Shown piece by piece: positions 36,601-51,600 of a DNA stretch of 64,000 nucleotides (within the stretch, counting starts at the first letter, position 1; every line of letters begins with the position of its first letter). The DNA is from Antedon mediterranea. Its lineage: Eukaryota; Animalia; Echinodermata. The stretch is from positions 9,668,252 to 9,732,251 of the forward strand of contig NC_092678.1 of NCBI RefSeq assembly GCF_964355755.1, given 5' to 3'. Made by a program: the position numbers and the translations under genes. A model generated the notes under the pieces. That model saw only the letters and a program-made list of their open reading frames with translations, made no database searches and was not told where the DNA came from.

Positions 36601-39600
36601 AAATCAGAAACAAAGTTCCATGGCATTATTTTTCATTGATTTATTATTCATTTCATATAAATAGAGCATTATCAGCTCTTCAGTCATCTACTGGTTTGAG
36701 GCGTAACGGGTAATGCTCAAGTTTGAGTGCTCGCAGTAGTGGGTTCAAACCTCTAGGGATATTTCTTTTCTTTCTTTTTTTTATTGAAAATAAATATTTT
36801 TTTTGAAGGTGAGATATTTTGAGGGTTGTAAATGACAGGCCTAAACAAATGAACCTTTTTTAAAATCAGAAACAAAGTTGCATTGCATTATTTTTCATTG
36901 ATTTATTATTAATTTCATATAAATAGAGTATTATCAGCTCATCAGTCATCTACTGGTTTGAGGCGTAACGGGTAATGCTCAGGTTTGAGTTCTCGCAGTA
37001 GTGGGTTCGAACCTCTACGAATATTTTTTTTTTTTTTTTTTATTGAAAATAAATATTGTTTTTGAAAGTGAGATATTTTGAGGGTTGTAAATGTCAGGCC
37101 TAAACAAGTGGACCTTTTTTAAAATCAGAAACAAAGTTGCATGGCATTATTTTTCATTGATTTATTATTCATTTCATATAAATAGAGTATTATCAGCTCT
37201 TCAGTCATCTACTGGTTTGAGGCGTAACGGGTAATGCTCAGGTTTGAGTGCTCTCAGTAGTGGGTTCGAACCTATACGGGTATTTTTTTTCTTTTTTTTT
37301 AAATTGAAAATAAATATTGTTTTTGAAAGTGAGATATTTTGAGGGTTGCAACTGTCAGGCCTAAACAAGTGAACCTTTTTTAAAATCAGAAACAAAGTTG
37401 TATGGCATTATTTTTCATTGATTGATCATCTATTTCATATTAATAGACTATTATCAGCTCTTCAGTCATATACTGGTTTGCGGCGTAACGGGTAATGCTC
37501 AGGTTTGAGTGATTTCAATAGTGGGTTCGAACTTCTAGGGATATTTTTTTTCTTTTTTTTTTATTTGAAAATAAATATTGTTTTTGAAAGTGAGATATTT
37601 TTATGGTTTTAAATGTCAAGCCTAATCAAGTGGACCTTTTTTTAAAATCAGAAACAAAGTTGCATAACATCATTTTACATTGATGGATCATGCATTTTAT
37701 ATAAATAGACTGTTATCAGCTCTTCAGTCATCTACTGGTTTGTGGCGTAACCGGTAGTGCTCAGGTTTGAGTTCTCGCAGTAGTGGGTTCGAACCTCTAC
37801 GAATTTTTTTTTTCTTTATTTTTTAATTGAAAATAAATATTTTTTTTGAAAGTGAGATATTTTGAGCGTGTTAGAGTGCTTTCAGTAGTGGGTTCAAACC
37901 TCTAGGGATTTTTTTTTTTTTTGAAATTGAAAATAAATATTGTTTTTGAAAGTGAGATATTTTGAGGGTTGTAAATGTCAGGCCTAAACAAGTGGACCTT
38001 TTTTAAAATCAGAAACAAAGTTGCATGGCATTATTTTTCATTGGTTGATCATCCATTTCATATATATAGACTATTATCAGCTCTTCAGTCATATACTGGT
38101 TTGCGGCGTAACGGGTAATGCTCAGTTTTGAGTGATTTCAATAGTGGGTTTGAACTTCTAGGGATATTTGTTTTCTTTTTTTTTTATTTGAAAATAAATA
38201 TTGTTTTTGAAAGTGAGATATTTTGAGGGTTGTAAATGTCAGGCCTAAACAAGTGAACCTTTTTTAAAATCAGAAACAAAGTTGCATGGCATTATTTTTC
38301 ATTGATTTATTATTAATTTCATATAAATAGAGTATTATCAGCTCTTCAGTCATCTACTGGTTTGAGGCGTAACGGGTAATGCTCAGGTTTGAGTTCTCGC
38401 AGTAGTGGGTTCGAACCTCTACGAATATTTTTTTTCTTTTTTTTTTTTTATTGAAAAAAATATTGTTTTTGAAAGTGAGATATTTTGAGGGTTGTAAATG
38501 TCAGGCCAAAACAAGTGGACCTTTTTTAAAATCAGAAACAAAGTTGCATGGCATTATTTTTCATTGATTGATCATTCATTTCATATAAATAGACTATTAT
38601 CAGCGCTTCAGTTATCTACTGGTTTGTGGCGTAACGGGTAATGCTCAAGTTTGAGTGTTCTCACTAGTGGGTTCGAACTTCTACGGATATTTTTTTTTTT
38701 TAATTTAAAATAAATATTGTTTTTGAAAGTGAGATATTTTGAGGGTTGTAAATGTCAGGCCTAAACAAGTGAACCTTTTTTAAAATCAGAAACAAAGTTG
38801 CATGGCATTATTTTTCATTGATTGATCATTAATTTCATATAAATAGACTATTATCAGCTCTTCAGTTATCTACTGGTTTGTGGCGTAACGGGTAATACCC
38901 AGGTTTGAGTGCTTTCAGTAGCGGGTTCCAACCTCTAGGGATATTGCTTTTTTTTTTCTTATTGAAAATAAATTTTTTTTTTTGAAAATGAGATATTTTT
39001 TAGGGTTCTAAATGTCAGGCCTAAACAAATGGATTTTTTTTTAAATCAGAAACAAAGTTGCGTGGCATTATTTTTCATCGATTGATAATTCATTTCATAT
39101 AAATAGACTATTACCAGCTCTTCAGTCATCTACTGGTTTGTGGCGTAACGAGTAATGCTCAGGTTTGAGTGCTCTGAGTAGTGGGTCGAACCTCTAGGGA
39201 TACTTTTTTTCTTTTTTTTTTAAATTGAAAATAAATATGGTTTTTGAAAGTGTGATATTTTGAGGGTTGTAAATGTCAGGCCTAAACAAGTGGACCTTTT
39301 TTAAAATCAGAAACAAAGTTGCATGGCATTATTTTTCATTGATTGATCATTCATTTCATATAAATAGACTATTATCAGCTCTTCAGTCATCTACTGGTTT
39401 GTGGCGTAACGAGTAATGCTCAGGTTTGAGTGCTCTGAGTAGTGGGTCGAACCTCAAGGGATACTTTTTTTCTTTTTTTTTTAAATTGAAAATAAATATG
39501 GTTTTTGAAAGTGAGATATTTTGAGGGTTTTAAATGTCAAGCCTAACCAAGTGGACCTTTTTTTAAAATCAGAAACAAAGTTGCATGGCATTATTTTTCA

Positions 39601-42600
39601 TTGATTTATTATTTATTTCATATAAATAGAGTATTATCAGCTCTTCAGTCATCTACTGGTTTGTGGCGTAACGGGTAATGCTCAAGTTTGAGTGCTCTCA
39701 CTAGTGGGTTCGAACCTCTACGGATATTTTGTTTCTTTTTTTTTTTATTTAAAATATATATTGTTTTTGAAAGTGAGATATTTTGAGGGTTGTAAATGTC
39801 AGGCCTAAACAAGTGGACCTTTTTTAAAATCAGAAACAAAGTTGCATGGCATTATTTTTCATTGATTTATTATTTATTTCATATAAATAGAGTATTATCA
39901 GCTCTTCAGTCATCTACTGGTTTGTGGCGTAACGTGTAATGCTCACGTTTGAGTGCTCTCACTAGTGGGTTCGAACATCTACGGATATTTTGTTTCTTTT
40001 TTTTTTTTTATTGAAAATAAATATTTTTTTTGAAAGTGAGATATTTTGAGGGTTGTAAATGTCAGGCCTAAACAAGTGGACCTTTTTTAAAATCAGAAAC
40101 AAAGTTGCATGGCATTATTTTTCATTGATTGATCATTAATTTCATATAAATAGACTATTATCAGCTCTTCAGTTATCTACTGGTTTGTGGCGTAACGGGT
40201 AATACCCAGGTTTGAGTGCTCTCAGTAGCGGGTTCCAACCTCTAGGGATATTGCTTTTTTTTTTCTTATTGAAAATAAATATTTTTTTTGAAAATGAGAT
40301 ATTTTTTAGGGTTGTAAATGTCAGGCCTAAACAAATGGATCTTTTTTAAAATCAGAAACAAAGTTGCATGGCATTATTTTTCATTGATTGATAATTCATT
40401 TCATATAAATAGACTATTACCAGCTCTTCAGTCATCTACTGGTTTGTGGCGTAACGAGTAATGTTCAGGTTTGAGTGCTCTGAGTAGTGGGTCGAACCTC
40501 TAGGGATACTTTTTTTCTTTTTTTTTTAAATTGAAAATAAATATGGTTTTTGAAAGTGAGATATTTTGAGGGTTGTAAATGTCAGGCCTAAACAAGTGGA
40601 CCTTTTTTAAAATCAGAAACAAAGTTGCATGGCATTATTTTTCATTGATTGATAATTCATTTCATATAAATAGACTATTATCAGCTCTTCAGTCATCTAC
40701 TGGTTTGTGGCGTAACGGGTAATGCTCAGGTTTGAGTGCTCTGAGTAGTGGGTCGAACCTCAAAAGATATTTTTTTTCTTTTTTTTTAAATTGAATATAA
40801 ATATGGTTTTTGAAAGTGAGAAATTTTGAGGGTTTTAAATGTCAAGCCTAACCAAGTGGACCTTTTTTTAAAATCAGAAACAAAGTTGCATAACATCATT
40901 TTACATTGATGGATCATTCATTTCATATAAATAGACTGTTATCAGCTCTTCAGTCATCTACTTGTTTGTGGCGTAACCGGTAGTGCTCAGGTTTGAGTTC
41001 TCGCAGTAGTGGGTTCGAACCTCTACGAATATTTTTTTTTCTTTTTTTTTAATTGAAAATAAATATGGTTTTTGAAAGTGAGATATTTTGAGGGTTGTAA
41101 ATATCAGGCCTAAACAAGTGGCCCTTTTTTAAAATCAGAAACAATGTTGCATGGCATTATTTTTCATTGATTTATTATTTATTTCATATAAATAGAGTAT
41201 TATCAGCTCTTCAGTCATCTACTGGTTTGTGGCGTAACGGGTAATGCTCAAGTTTGATTGCTCTCACTAGTGGGGGCGAACCTCTACGGATATTTTGTTT
41301 CTTTTTTTTTTTTTATTTAAAATAAATATTGTTTTTGAAAGTGAGATATTTTGAGGGTTGTAAATGTCAGGCCTAAACAAGTGAACCTTTTTTAAAATCA
41401 GAAACAAAGTTGCATTGCATTATTTTTCATTGATTTATTATTAATTTCATATAAATAGAGTATTATCAGCTCTTCAGTCATCTACTGGTTTGAGGCGTAA
41501 CGGGTAATGCTCAGGTTTGAGTTCTCGCAGTAGTGGGTTCGAACCTCTACGAATATTTATTTATTTTTTTTTTTTATTGAAAATAAATATTGTTTTTGAA
41601 AGTGAGATATTTTGAGGGTTGTAAATGTCAGGCCTAAACAAGTGGACCTTTTTTAAAATCAGAAACAAAGTTGTATGGCATTATTTTTCATTGATTTATT
41701 ATTTATTTCATATAAATAGAGTATTATCAGCTCTTCAGTCATCTACTGGTTTGTGGCGTAACGGGTAATGCTCAAGTTTGAGTGATCTCACTAGTGGGTT
41801 CGAACCTCTACGGATATTTTGTTTCTTTTTTTTTTTTTATTGAAAATAAATATTGTTTTTGAAAGTTAGATATTTTGAGGGTTGTAAATGTCAGGCCTAA
41901 ACAAGTGAACCTTTTTTAAAATCAGAAACAAAGTTGTATGGCATTATTTTTCATTGATTTATTATTAATTTCATATAAATAGAGTATTATCAGCTCTTCA
42001 GTCATCTACTGGTTTGAGGCGTAACGGGTAATGCTCAGGTTTGAGTTCTCGCAGTAGTGGGTTCGAACCTCTACGAATATTTGTTTTCTTTTTTTTTTTT
42101 CATTGAAAAAAATATTGTTTTTGAAAGTTAGATATTTTGAGGGTTGTTAATGTCAGGCCTAAACAAGTGGACCTTTTTTAAAATCAGAAACAAAGTTGCA
42201 TGGCATTATTTTTTATTGATTGATCATTCATTTCATATAAATAGACTATTATCAGCTCTTCAGTTATCTACTGGTTTGTGCCGTAGCGGGTAATGCTCAA
42301 GTTTGAGTGCTCTCACTAGTGGGTTCGAACCTCTACGGATATTTTTTTTTTTTATTTAAAATAAATATTGTTTTTGAAAGTGAGATATTTTGAGGGTTGT
42401 AAATGTCAGGCCTAAACAAGTGAACCTTTTTTAAAATCAGAAACAAAGTTGCATGGCATTATTTTTCATTGATTTATTATTAATTTCATATAAATAGAGT
42501 ATTATCAGCTCTTCAGTCATCTACTGGTTTGAGGCGTAACGGGTAATGCTCAGGTTTGAGTTCTCGCAGTAGTGGGTTCGAACCTCTACGAATATTTTTT

Positions 42601-45600
42601 TTTTTTTTTTTTTATTGAAAAAAATATTGTTTTTGAAAGTGAGATATTTTGAGGGTTGTAAATGTCAGGCCTAAACAAGTGGACCTTTTTTAAAATCAGA
42701 AACAAAGTTGCATGGCATTATTTTTCATTGATTGATCATTAATTTCATATAAATAGACTATTATCAGCTCTTCAGTTATCTACTGGTTTGTGGCGTAACG
42801 GGTAATACCCAGGTTTGAGTGCTCTCAGTAGCGGGTTCCAACCTCTAGGGATATTGCTTTTTTTTTTCTTATTGAAAATAAATATTTTTTTTGAAAATGA
42901 GATATTTTTTAGGGTTGTAAATGTCAGGCCTAAACAAATGGATCTTTTTTAAAATCAGAAACAAAGTTGCATGGCATTATTTTTCATTGATTGATAATTC
43001 ATTTCATATAAATAGACTATTACCAGCTCTTCAGTCATCTACTGGTTTGTTGCGTAACGAGTAATGCTCAGGTTTGAGTGCTCTGAGTAGTGGGTCGAAC
43101 CTCTAGGGATACTTTTTTTCTCTTTTTTTACATTGAAAATAAATATGGTTTTTGAAAGTGAGATATTTTGAGGGTTGTAAATGTCAGGCCTAAACAAGTG
43201 GACCTTTTTCAAAATCAGAAACAAAGTTGCATGGCATTATTTTTCATTGATTGATAATTTATTTCATATAAATAGACTATGATCAGCTCTTCAGTCATCT
43301 ACTGGTTTGTGGCGTAACGGGTAATGCTCAGGTTTGAGTGCTCTGAGTAGTGGGTCGAACCTCAAGGGATATTTTTTTTCTTTTTTTTTAAATTGAAAAT
43401 AAATATTGTTTTTGAAGGTGAGATATTTTGAGGGTTGTAAATGTCAGGCCTAAACAAGTGAACCTTTTTTAAAATCAGAAACAAAGTTGCATGGCATTAT
43501 TTTTGATTGATTTATTATTCATTTCATATAAATAGAGTATTATCAGCTCTTCAGTCATCTACTGGTTTGAGGCGTAACGGGTAATGCTCAAGTTTGAGTG
43601 CTCGCAGTAGTGGGTTCGAACCTCTAGGGATATTTCTTTTATTTTTTTTTTATTGAAAATAAATATTTTTTTTGAAGGTGAGATATTTTGAGGGTTGTAA
43701 ATGACAGGCCTAAACAAATGAACCTTTTTTAAAATCAGAAACAAAGTTGCATGGCATTATTTTTCATTGATTTATTATTTATTTCATATAAATAGAGTAT
43801 TATCAGCTCTTCAGTCATCTACTGGTTTGTGGCGTAGCGGGTAATGCTCAAGTTTGAGTGCTCTCACTAGAAGGTTCGAACCTCTACTGATATTTTATTT
43901 CTTTTTTTTTTTTAATTGAAAAAATATTGTTTTTGAAAGTGAGATATTTTGAGGGTTGTAAATGTCAGGCCAAAACAAGTGAACATTTTTTTCAATCAGA
44001 AACAAAGTTGCATGGCATTATTTTTCATTGATTGATCATTCATTTCATATAAATAGACTATTATCAGCTCCTCAGTCACCTACTGGTTGGTGGCGTAACG
44101 GATAATGCTCAGGTTTCAGTTCTCTCAGTAGTGGGTTCGGACCTCTAGGGATTTTTTTTTTTAAATTGAAAATAAATATTGTTTTTGAAAGTGAGATATT
44201 TTTAGGGTTGTAAATGTCAGGCCTAAACAAGTGAACCTTTTTTTAAATCAGAAACAAAGTTGCATGGCATTATTTTTCATTGATTGATCATTCATTTAAT
44301 ATAAATAGACTATTATCAGCCCTTCAGTCATCTACTGGTTTGTGGCGTAACGGGTAATGCTCAGGTTTGAGTGCTCTGAGTAGTGGGTCGAACCTCTAGG
44401 GATATTTTTTTCCTTTTTTTTTAAATTGAAAATAAATATGGTTTTTGAAAGTGAGATATTTTGAGGGTTGTAAATGTCAGGCCTAAACAAGTGGACCTTT
44501 TTTAAAATCAGAAACAAAGTTGCATGGCATTATTTTTCATTGATTGATCATTCATTTCATATAAATAGAATATTATCAGCTGTTCAGTCATCTACTGGTT
44601 TGTGGCGTAACGGGTAATGCTCAGGTTTGAGTGCTCTGAGTAGTGGGTCGAACCTCAATGGATATTTTTTTTCTTTTTTTTTTAAATTGAAAATAAATAT
44701 GGTTTTTGAAAGTGAGATATTTTGAGGGTTGTAAATATCAGGCCTAAACTAGTGGACCTTTTTTAAAATCAGAAACAAAGTTGCATGGCATTATTTTTCA
44801 TTGATTTATTATTTATTTCATATAAATAGAGTATTATCAGCTCTTCAGTCATCTACTGGTTTGTGGCGTAACGGGTAATGCTCAAGTTTGATTGCTCTCA
44901 CTAGTGGGTTCGAACCTCTACGGATATTTTGTTGCTTTTTTTTTTTTATTTAAAATAAATATTGTTTTTGAAAGTGAGATATTTTGAGGGTTGTAAATAT
45001 CAGGCCTAAACAAGTGAACCTTTTTTAAAATCAGAAACAAAGTTGCATTGCATTATTTTTCATTGATTTATTATTAATTTCATATAAATAGAGTATTATC
45101 AGCTCTTCAGTCATCTACTGGTTTGAGGCGTAACGGGTAATGCTCAGGTTTGAGTTCTCGCAGTAGTGGGTTCGAACCTCTACGAATATTTTTTTTTTTT
45201 TTTTTTTATTGAAAATAAATATTGTTTTTGAAAGTGAGATATTTTGAGGGTTGTAAATGTCAGGCCTAAACAAGTGGACCTTTTTTAAAATCAGAAACAA
45301 AGTTGTATGGCATTATTTTTCATTGATTTATTATTTATTTCATATAAATAGAGTATTATCAGCTCTTCAGTCATCTACTGGTTTGTGGCGTAACGGGTAA
45401 TGCTCAAGTTTGAGTGCTCTCACTAGTGGGTTCGAACCTCTACGGATATTTTGTTTCTTTTTTTTTTTTTTTTAAAATAAATATGGTTTTTGAAAGTGAG
45501 ATATTTTGAGGGTTGTAAATGTCAGGCCTAAACAAGTGGACCTTTTTTAAAATCAGAAACAAAGTTGCATGGCATTATTTTTCATTGATTGATCATTAAT

Positions 45601-48600
45601 TTCATATAAATAGACTATTATCAGCTCTTCAGTTATCTACTGGTTTGTGGCGTAACGGGAAATACCCAGGTTTGAGTGCTCTCAGTAGCGGGTTCCAACC
45701 TCTAGGGATATTGCTTTTTTTTTTCTTATTGAAAATAAATATTTTTTTTGAAAATGAGATATTTTTTAGGGTTGTAAATGTCAGGCCTAAACAAATGGAT
45801 CTTTTTTAAAATCAGAAACAAAGTTGCATGGCATTATTTTTCATTGATTGATAATTCATTTCATATAAATAGACTATTACCAGCTCTTCAGTCATCTACT
45901 GGTTTGTGGCGTAACGAGTAATGCTCAGGTTTGAGTGCTCTGAGTAGTGGGTCGAACCTCTAGGGATACTTTTTTTCTCTTTTTTTACATTGAAAATAAA
46001 TATGGTTTTTGAAAGTGAGATATTTTGAGGGTTGTAAATGTCAGGCCTAAACAAGTGGACCTTTTTCAAAATCAGAAACAAAGTTGCATGGCATTATTTT
46101 TCATTGATTGATAATTTATTTCATATAAATAGACTATGATCAGCTCTTCAGTCATCTACTGGTTTGTGGCGTAACGGGTAATGCTCAGGTTTGAGTGCTC
46201 TGAGTAGTGGGTCGAACCTCAAGGGATATTTTTTTTCTTTTTTTTTAAATTGAAAATAAATATTGTTTTTGAAGGTGAGATATTTTGAGGGTTGTAAATG
46301 TCAGGCCTAAACAAGTGAACCTTTTTTAAAATCAGAAACAAAGTTGCATGGCATTATTTTTGATTGATTTATTATTCATTTCATATAAATAGAGTATTAT
46401 CAGCTCTTCAGTCATCTACTGGTTTGAGGCGTAACGGGTAATGCTCAAGTTTGAGTGCTCGCAGTAGTGGGTTCGAACCTCTAGGGATATTTCTTTTTTT
46501 TTTTTTTTATTGAAAATAAATATTTTTTTTGAAGGTGAGATATTTTGAGGGTTGTAAATGACAGGCCTAAACAAATGAACCTTTTTTAAAATCAGAAACA
46601 AAGTTGCATGGCATTATTTTTCATTGATTTATTATTTATTTCATATAAATAGAGTATTATCAGCTCTTCAGTCATCTACTGGTTTGTGGCGTAGCGGGTA
46701 ATGCTCAAGTTTGAGTGCTCTCACTAGAAGGTTCGAACCTCTACTGATATTTTATTTCTTTTTTTTTTTTAATTGAAAAAATATTGTTTTTGAAAGTGAG
46801 ATATTTTGAGGGTTGTAAATGTCAGGCCAAAACAAGTGAACATTTTTTTCAATCAGAAACAAAGTTGCATGGCATTATTTTTCATTGATTGATCATTCAT
46901 TTCATATAAATAGACTATTATCAGCTCCTCAGTCACCTACTGGTTGGTGGCGTAACGGATAATGCTCAGGTTTCAGTTCTCTCAGTAGTGGGTTCGGACC
47001 TCTAGGGATTTTTTTTTTTAAATTGAAAATAAATATTGTTTTTGAAAGTGAGATATTTTTAGGGTTGTAAATGTCAGGCCTAAACAAGTGAACCTTTTTT
47101 TAAATCAGAAACAAAGTTGCATGGCATTATTTTTCATTGATTGATCATTCATTTAATATAAATAGACTATTATCAGCTCTTCAGTCATCTACTGGTTTGT
47201 GGCGTAACGGGTAATGCTCAGTTTTGAGTGCTCTGAGTAGTGGGTCGAACCTCTAGGGATATTTTTTTTCTTTTTTTTTTAAATTGAAAATAAATATGGT
47301 TTTTGAAAGTGAGATATTTTGAGGGTTGTAAATGTCAGGCCTAAACAAGTGGACCTTTTTTAAAATCAGAAACAAAGTTGCATGGCATTATTTTTCATTG
47401 ATTGATCATTCATTTCATATAAATAGAATATTATCAGCTGTTCAGTCATCTACTGGTTTGTGGCGTAACGGGTAATACCCAGGTTTGAGTGCTCTCAGTA
47501 GCGGGTTCCAACCTCTAGGGATATTGCTTTTTTTTTTCTTATTGAAAATAAATATTTTTTTTTAAAATGAGATATTTTTTAGGGTTGTAAATGTCAGGCC
47601 TAAACAAATGGATCTTTTTTAAAATCAGAAACAAAGTTGCATGGCATTATTTTTCATTGATTGATAATTCATTTCATATAAATAGACTATTACCAGCTCT
47701 TCAGTCATCTACTGGTTTGTGGCGTAACGAGTAATGCTCAGGTTTGAGTGCTCTGAGTAGTGGGTCGAACCTCTAGGGGTACTTTTTTTCTTTTTTTTTA
47801 CATTGAAAATAAATATGGTTTTTGAAAGTGAGATATTTTGAGGGTTGTAAATGTCAGGCCTAAACAAGTGAACCTTTTTTTAAATCAGAAACAAAGTTGC
47901 ATGGCATTATTTTTCATTGATTGATCATTCATTTCATATAAATAGACTATTATCAGCTCTTCAGTCATCTACTGGTTTGTGGCGTAACGGGTAATGCTCA
48001 GGTTTGAGTGCTCTGAGTAGTGGGTCGAACCTCAAGGGATATTTTTTTTCTTTTTTTTTTAATTGAAAATAAATATGGTTTTTGAAAGTGAGATATTTTG
48101 AGGGTTTTAAATGTCAAGCCTAACCAAGTGGACCTTTTTTTAAAATCAGAAACAAAGTTGCATAACATCATTTTACATTGATGGATCATTCATTTCATAT
48201 AAATAGACTGTTATCAGCTCTTCAGTCATCTACTGGTTTGTGGCGTAACCGGTAGTGCTCAGGTTTGAGTTCTCGCAGTAGTGGGTTCGAACCTCTACGA
48301 ATATTTTTTTTCTTTTTTTTTTTAATTTAAAATAAATATGGTTTTTGAAAGTGAGATAGTTTGAGGGTTGTAAATGTCAGGCCTAAACAAGTGAACCTTT
48401 TTTAAAATCAGAAACAAAGTTGCATGGCATTATTTTTCATTGATTTATTATTAGTTTCATATAAATAGAGTATTATCAGCTCTTCAGTCATCTACTGGTT
48501 TGAGGCGTAACGGGTAATGCTCAGGTTTGAGTTCTCGCAGTAGTGGGTTCGAACCTCTACGAATATTTTTTTTCTTTTTTTTTTCTTATTGAAAAAAATA

Positions 48601-51600
48601 TTGTTTTTGAAAGTGAGATATTTTGAGGGTTGTAAATGTCAGGCCTAAATAAGTGGACCTTTTTTAAAATCAGAAACAAAGTTGCATGGCATTATTTTTC
48701 ATTGATTGATCATTCATTTCATATAAATAGACTATTATCAGCTCTTCAGTTATCTACTGGTTTGTGGCGTAACGGGTAATGCTCAAGTTTGAGTGCTCTC
48801 ACTAGTGGGTTCGAACCTCTACGGATATTTTTTTTTTTTTTTTTATTTAAAATAAATATTGTTTTTGAAAGTGAGATATTTTGAGGGTTGTAAATGTCAG
48901 GCCTAAACAAGTGAACCTTTTTTAAAATCAGAAACAAAGTTGCATGGCATTATTTTTCATTGATTTATTATTAATTTCATATAAATAGAGTATTATCAGC
49001 TCTTCAGTCATCTACTGGTTTGAGGCGAAACGGGTAATGCTCAGGTTTGAGTTCTCGCAGTAGTGGGTTCGAACCTCTACGAATATTTTTTTTTTTTTTT
49101 TTTTTTTATTGAAAAAATATTGTTTTTGAAAGTGAGATATTTTGAGGGTTGTAAATGTCAGGCCTAAGCAAGTGGGCCTTTTTTTAAATCAGAAACAAAG
49201 TTGCATGGCATTATTTTTCATTGATTGATCATTCATTTCATATAAATAGACTATTATCAGCTCTTCACTCATCTACTGGTTTGTGGCGTAACGGGTAATG
49301 CTCAAGTTTGAGTGCTCTCACTAGTGGGTTCGAACCTCTACTGATATTTTATTTCTTTTTTTTTTTAATTGAAAAAATATTGTTTTTGAAAGTGAGATAT
49401 TTTGAGGGTTGTAAATGTCAGGCCAAAACAAGTGAACCTTTTTTAAAATCAGAAACAAAGTTGCATGGCATTATTTTTCATTGATTGATCATTCATTTCA
49501 TATAAATAGACTATTATCAGCTCCTCAGTCACCTACTGGTTGGTGGCGTAACGGATAATGCTCAGGTTTGAGTTCTCTCAGTAGTGGGTTCGAACCTCTA
49601 GGGATTTTTTTTTTAAAATTGAAAATAAATATTGTTTTTGAAAGTGAGATATTTTTAGGGTTGTAAATGTCAGGCCTAAACAAGTGAACCTTTTTTAAAA
49701 TCAGAAACAAAGTTGCATGGCATTATTTTTCATTGATTGATCATTCATTTCATATAAATAGACTATTATCAGCTCTTCAGTCATCTACTGGTTTGTGGCG
49801 TAACGGGTAATGCTCAAGTTTGAGTGCTCTCACTAGTGGGTTCGAACCTCTACGGATATTTTGTTTCTTTTTTTTTTTTATTTAAAATAAATATTGTTTT
49901 TGAAAGTGAGATATTTTGAGGGTTGTAAATGTCAGGCCTAAACAAGTGAACCTTTTTTAAAATCAGAAACAAAGTTGCATTGCATTATTTTTCATTGATT
50001 TATTATTAATTTCATATAAATAGAGTATTATCAGCTCTTCAGTGATCTACTGGTTTGAGGCGTAACGGGTAATGCTCAGGTTTGAGTTCTCGCAGTAGTG
50101 GGTTCGAACCTCTACGAATATTTTTTTTTTTTTTTTTTTTTTTATTGAATATAAATATTGTTTTTGAAAGTGAGATATTTTGAGGGTTGTAAATGTCAGG
50201 CCTAAACAAGTGGACCTTTTTTAAAATCAGAAACAAAGTTGCATGGCATTATTTTTCATTGATTTATTATTTATTTCATATAAATAGAGTATTATCAGCT
50301 CTTCAGTCATCTACTGGTTTGTGGCGTAACGGGTAATGCTCAAGTTTGAGTGCTCTCACTAGTGGATTCGAACCTCTACGGATATTTTGTTTCTTTTTTT
50401 TTTATTTAAAATAAATATTGTTTTTGAAAGTGAGATATTTTGAGGGTTGTAAATGTCAGGCCTAAACAAGTGAACCTTTTTTAAAATCAGAAACAAAGTT
50501 GCATGGTATTATTTTTCATTGATTTATTATTAATTTCATATAAATAGAGTATTATCAGCTCTTCAGTCATCTACTGGTTTGAGGCGTAACGGGTCATGCT
50601 CAGGTTTGAGTTCTCGCAGTAGTGGGTTCGAACCTCTAGGGATATTGCTTTTTTTTTCTTATTGAAAATAAATATTTTTTTTGAAAATGAGATATTTTTT
50701 AGGGTTGTGATTGTCAGGCCTAAACAAATGGATATTTTTTTAAATCAGAAACAAAGTTGCATGGCATTATTTTTCATTGATTGATCATTCATTTCATATA
50801 AATAGACTATTATCAGCTCTTCAGTCATCTACTGGTTTGTGGCGTAACGGATATTGCTCAGGTTTGAGTGCTCTGAGTAGTGGGTCGAACCTCTAGGGAT
50901 ATTTTTTTTCTTTTTTTTTTAAATTGAAAATAAATATGGATTTTGAAAGTGAGATATTTTGAGGGTTGTAAATGTCAGGCCTAAACAAGTGGACCTTTTT
51001 TAAAATCAGAAACAAAGTTGCATGGCATTATTTTTCATTGATTTATTATTTATTTCATATAAATAGAGTATTGTCAGCTCTTCAGTCATCTACTGGTTTG
51101 TGGCGTAACGGGTAATGCTCAAGTTTGAGTGCTCTCACTAGTGGGTTCGAACCTCTACGGATATTTTGTTTCTTTTTTTTTTTTTAATTAAAATAAATAT
51201 TGTTTTTGAAAGTGAGATGTTTTGAGGGTTGTAAATGTCAGGCCCAAACAAGTGGACCTTTTTTAAAATCAGAAACAAAGTTGCATGGCATTATTTTTCA
51301 TTGATTTATTATTAGTTTCATATAAATAGAGTATTATCAGCTCTTCAGTTATCTACTGGTTTGTGGCGTAACGGGTAATGCTCAAGTTTGAGTGTTCTCA
51401 CTAGTGGGTTCGAACCTCTACTGATATTTTATTTCTTTTTTTTTTTAATTGAAAAAATATTGTTTTTGAAAGTGAGATATTTTGAGGGTTGTAAATGTCA
51501 GGCCAAAACAAGTGAACCTTTTTTAAAATCAGAAACAAAGTTGCATGGCATTATTTTTCATTGATTGATCATTCATTTCATATAAATAGACTATTATCAG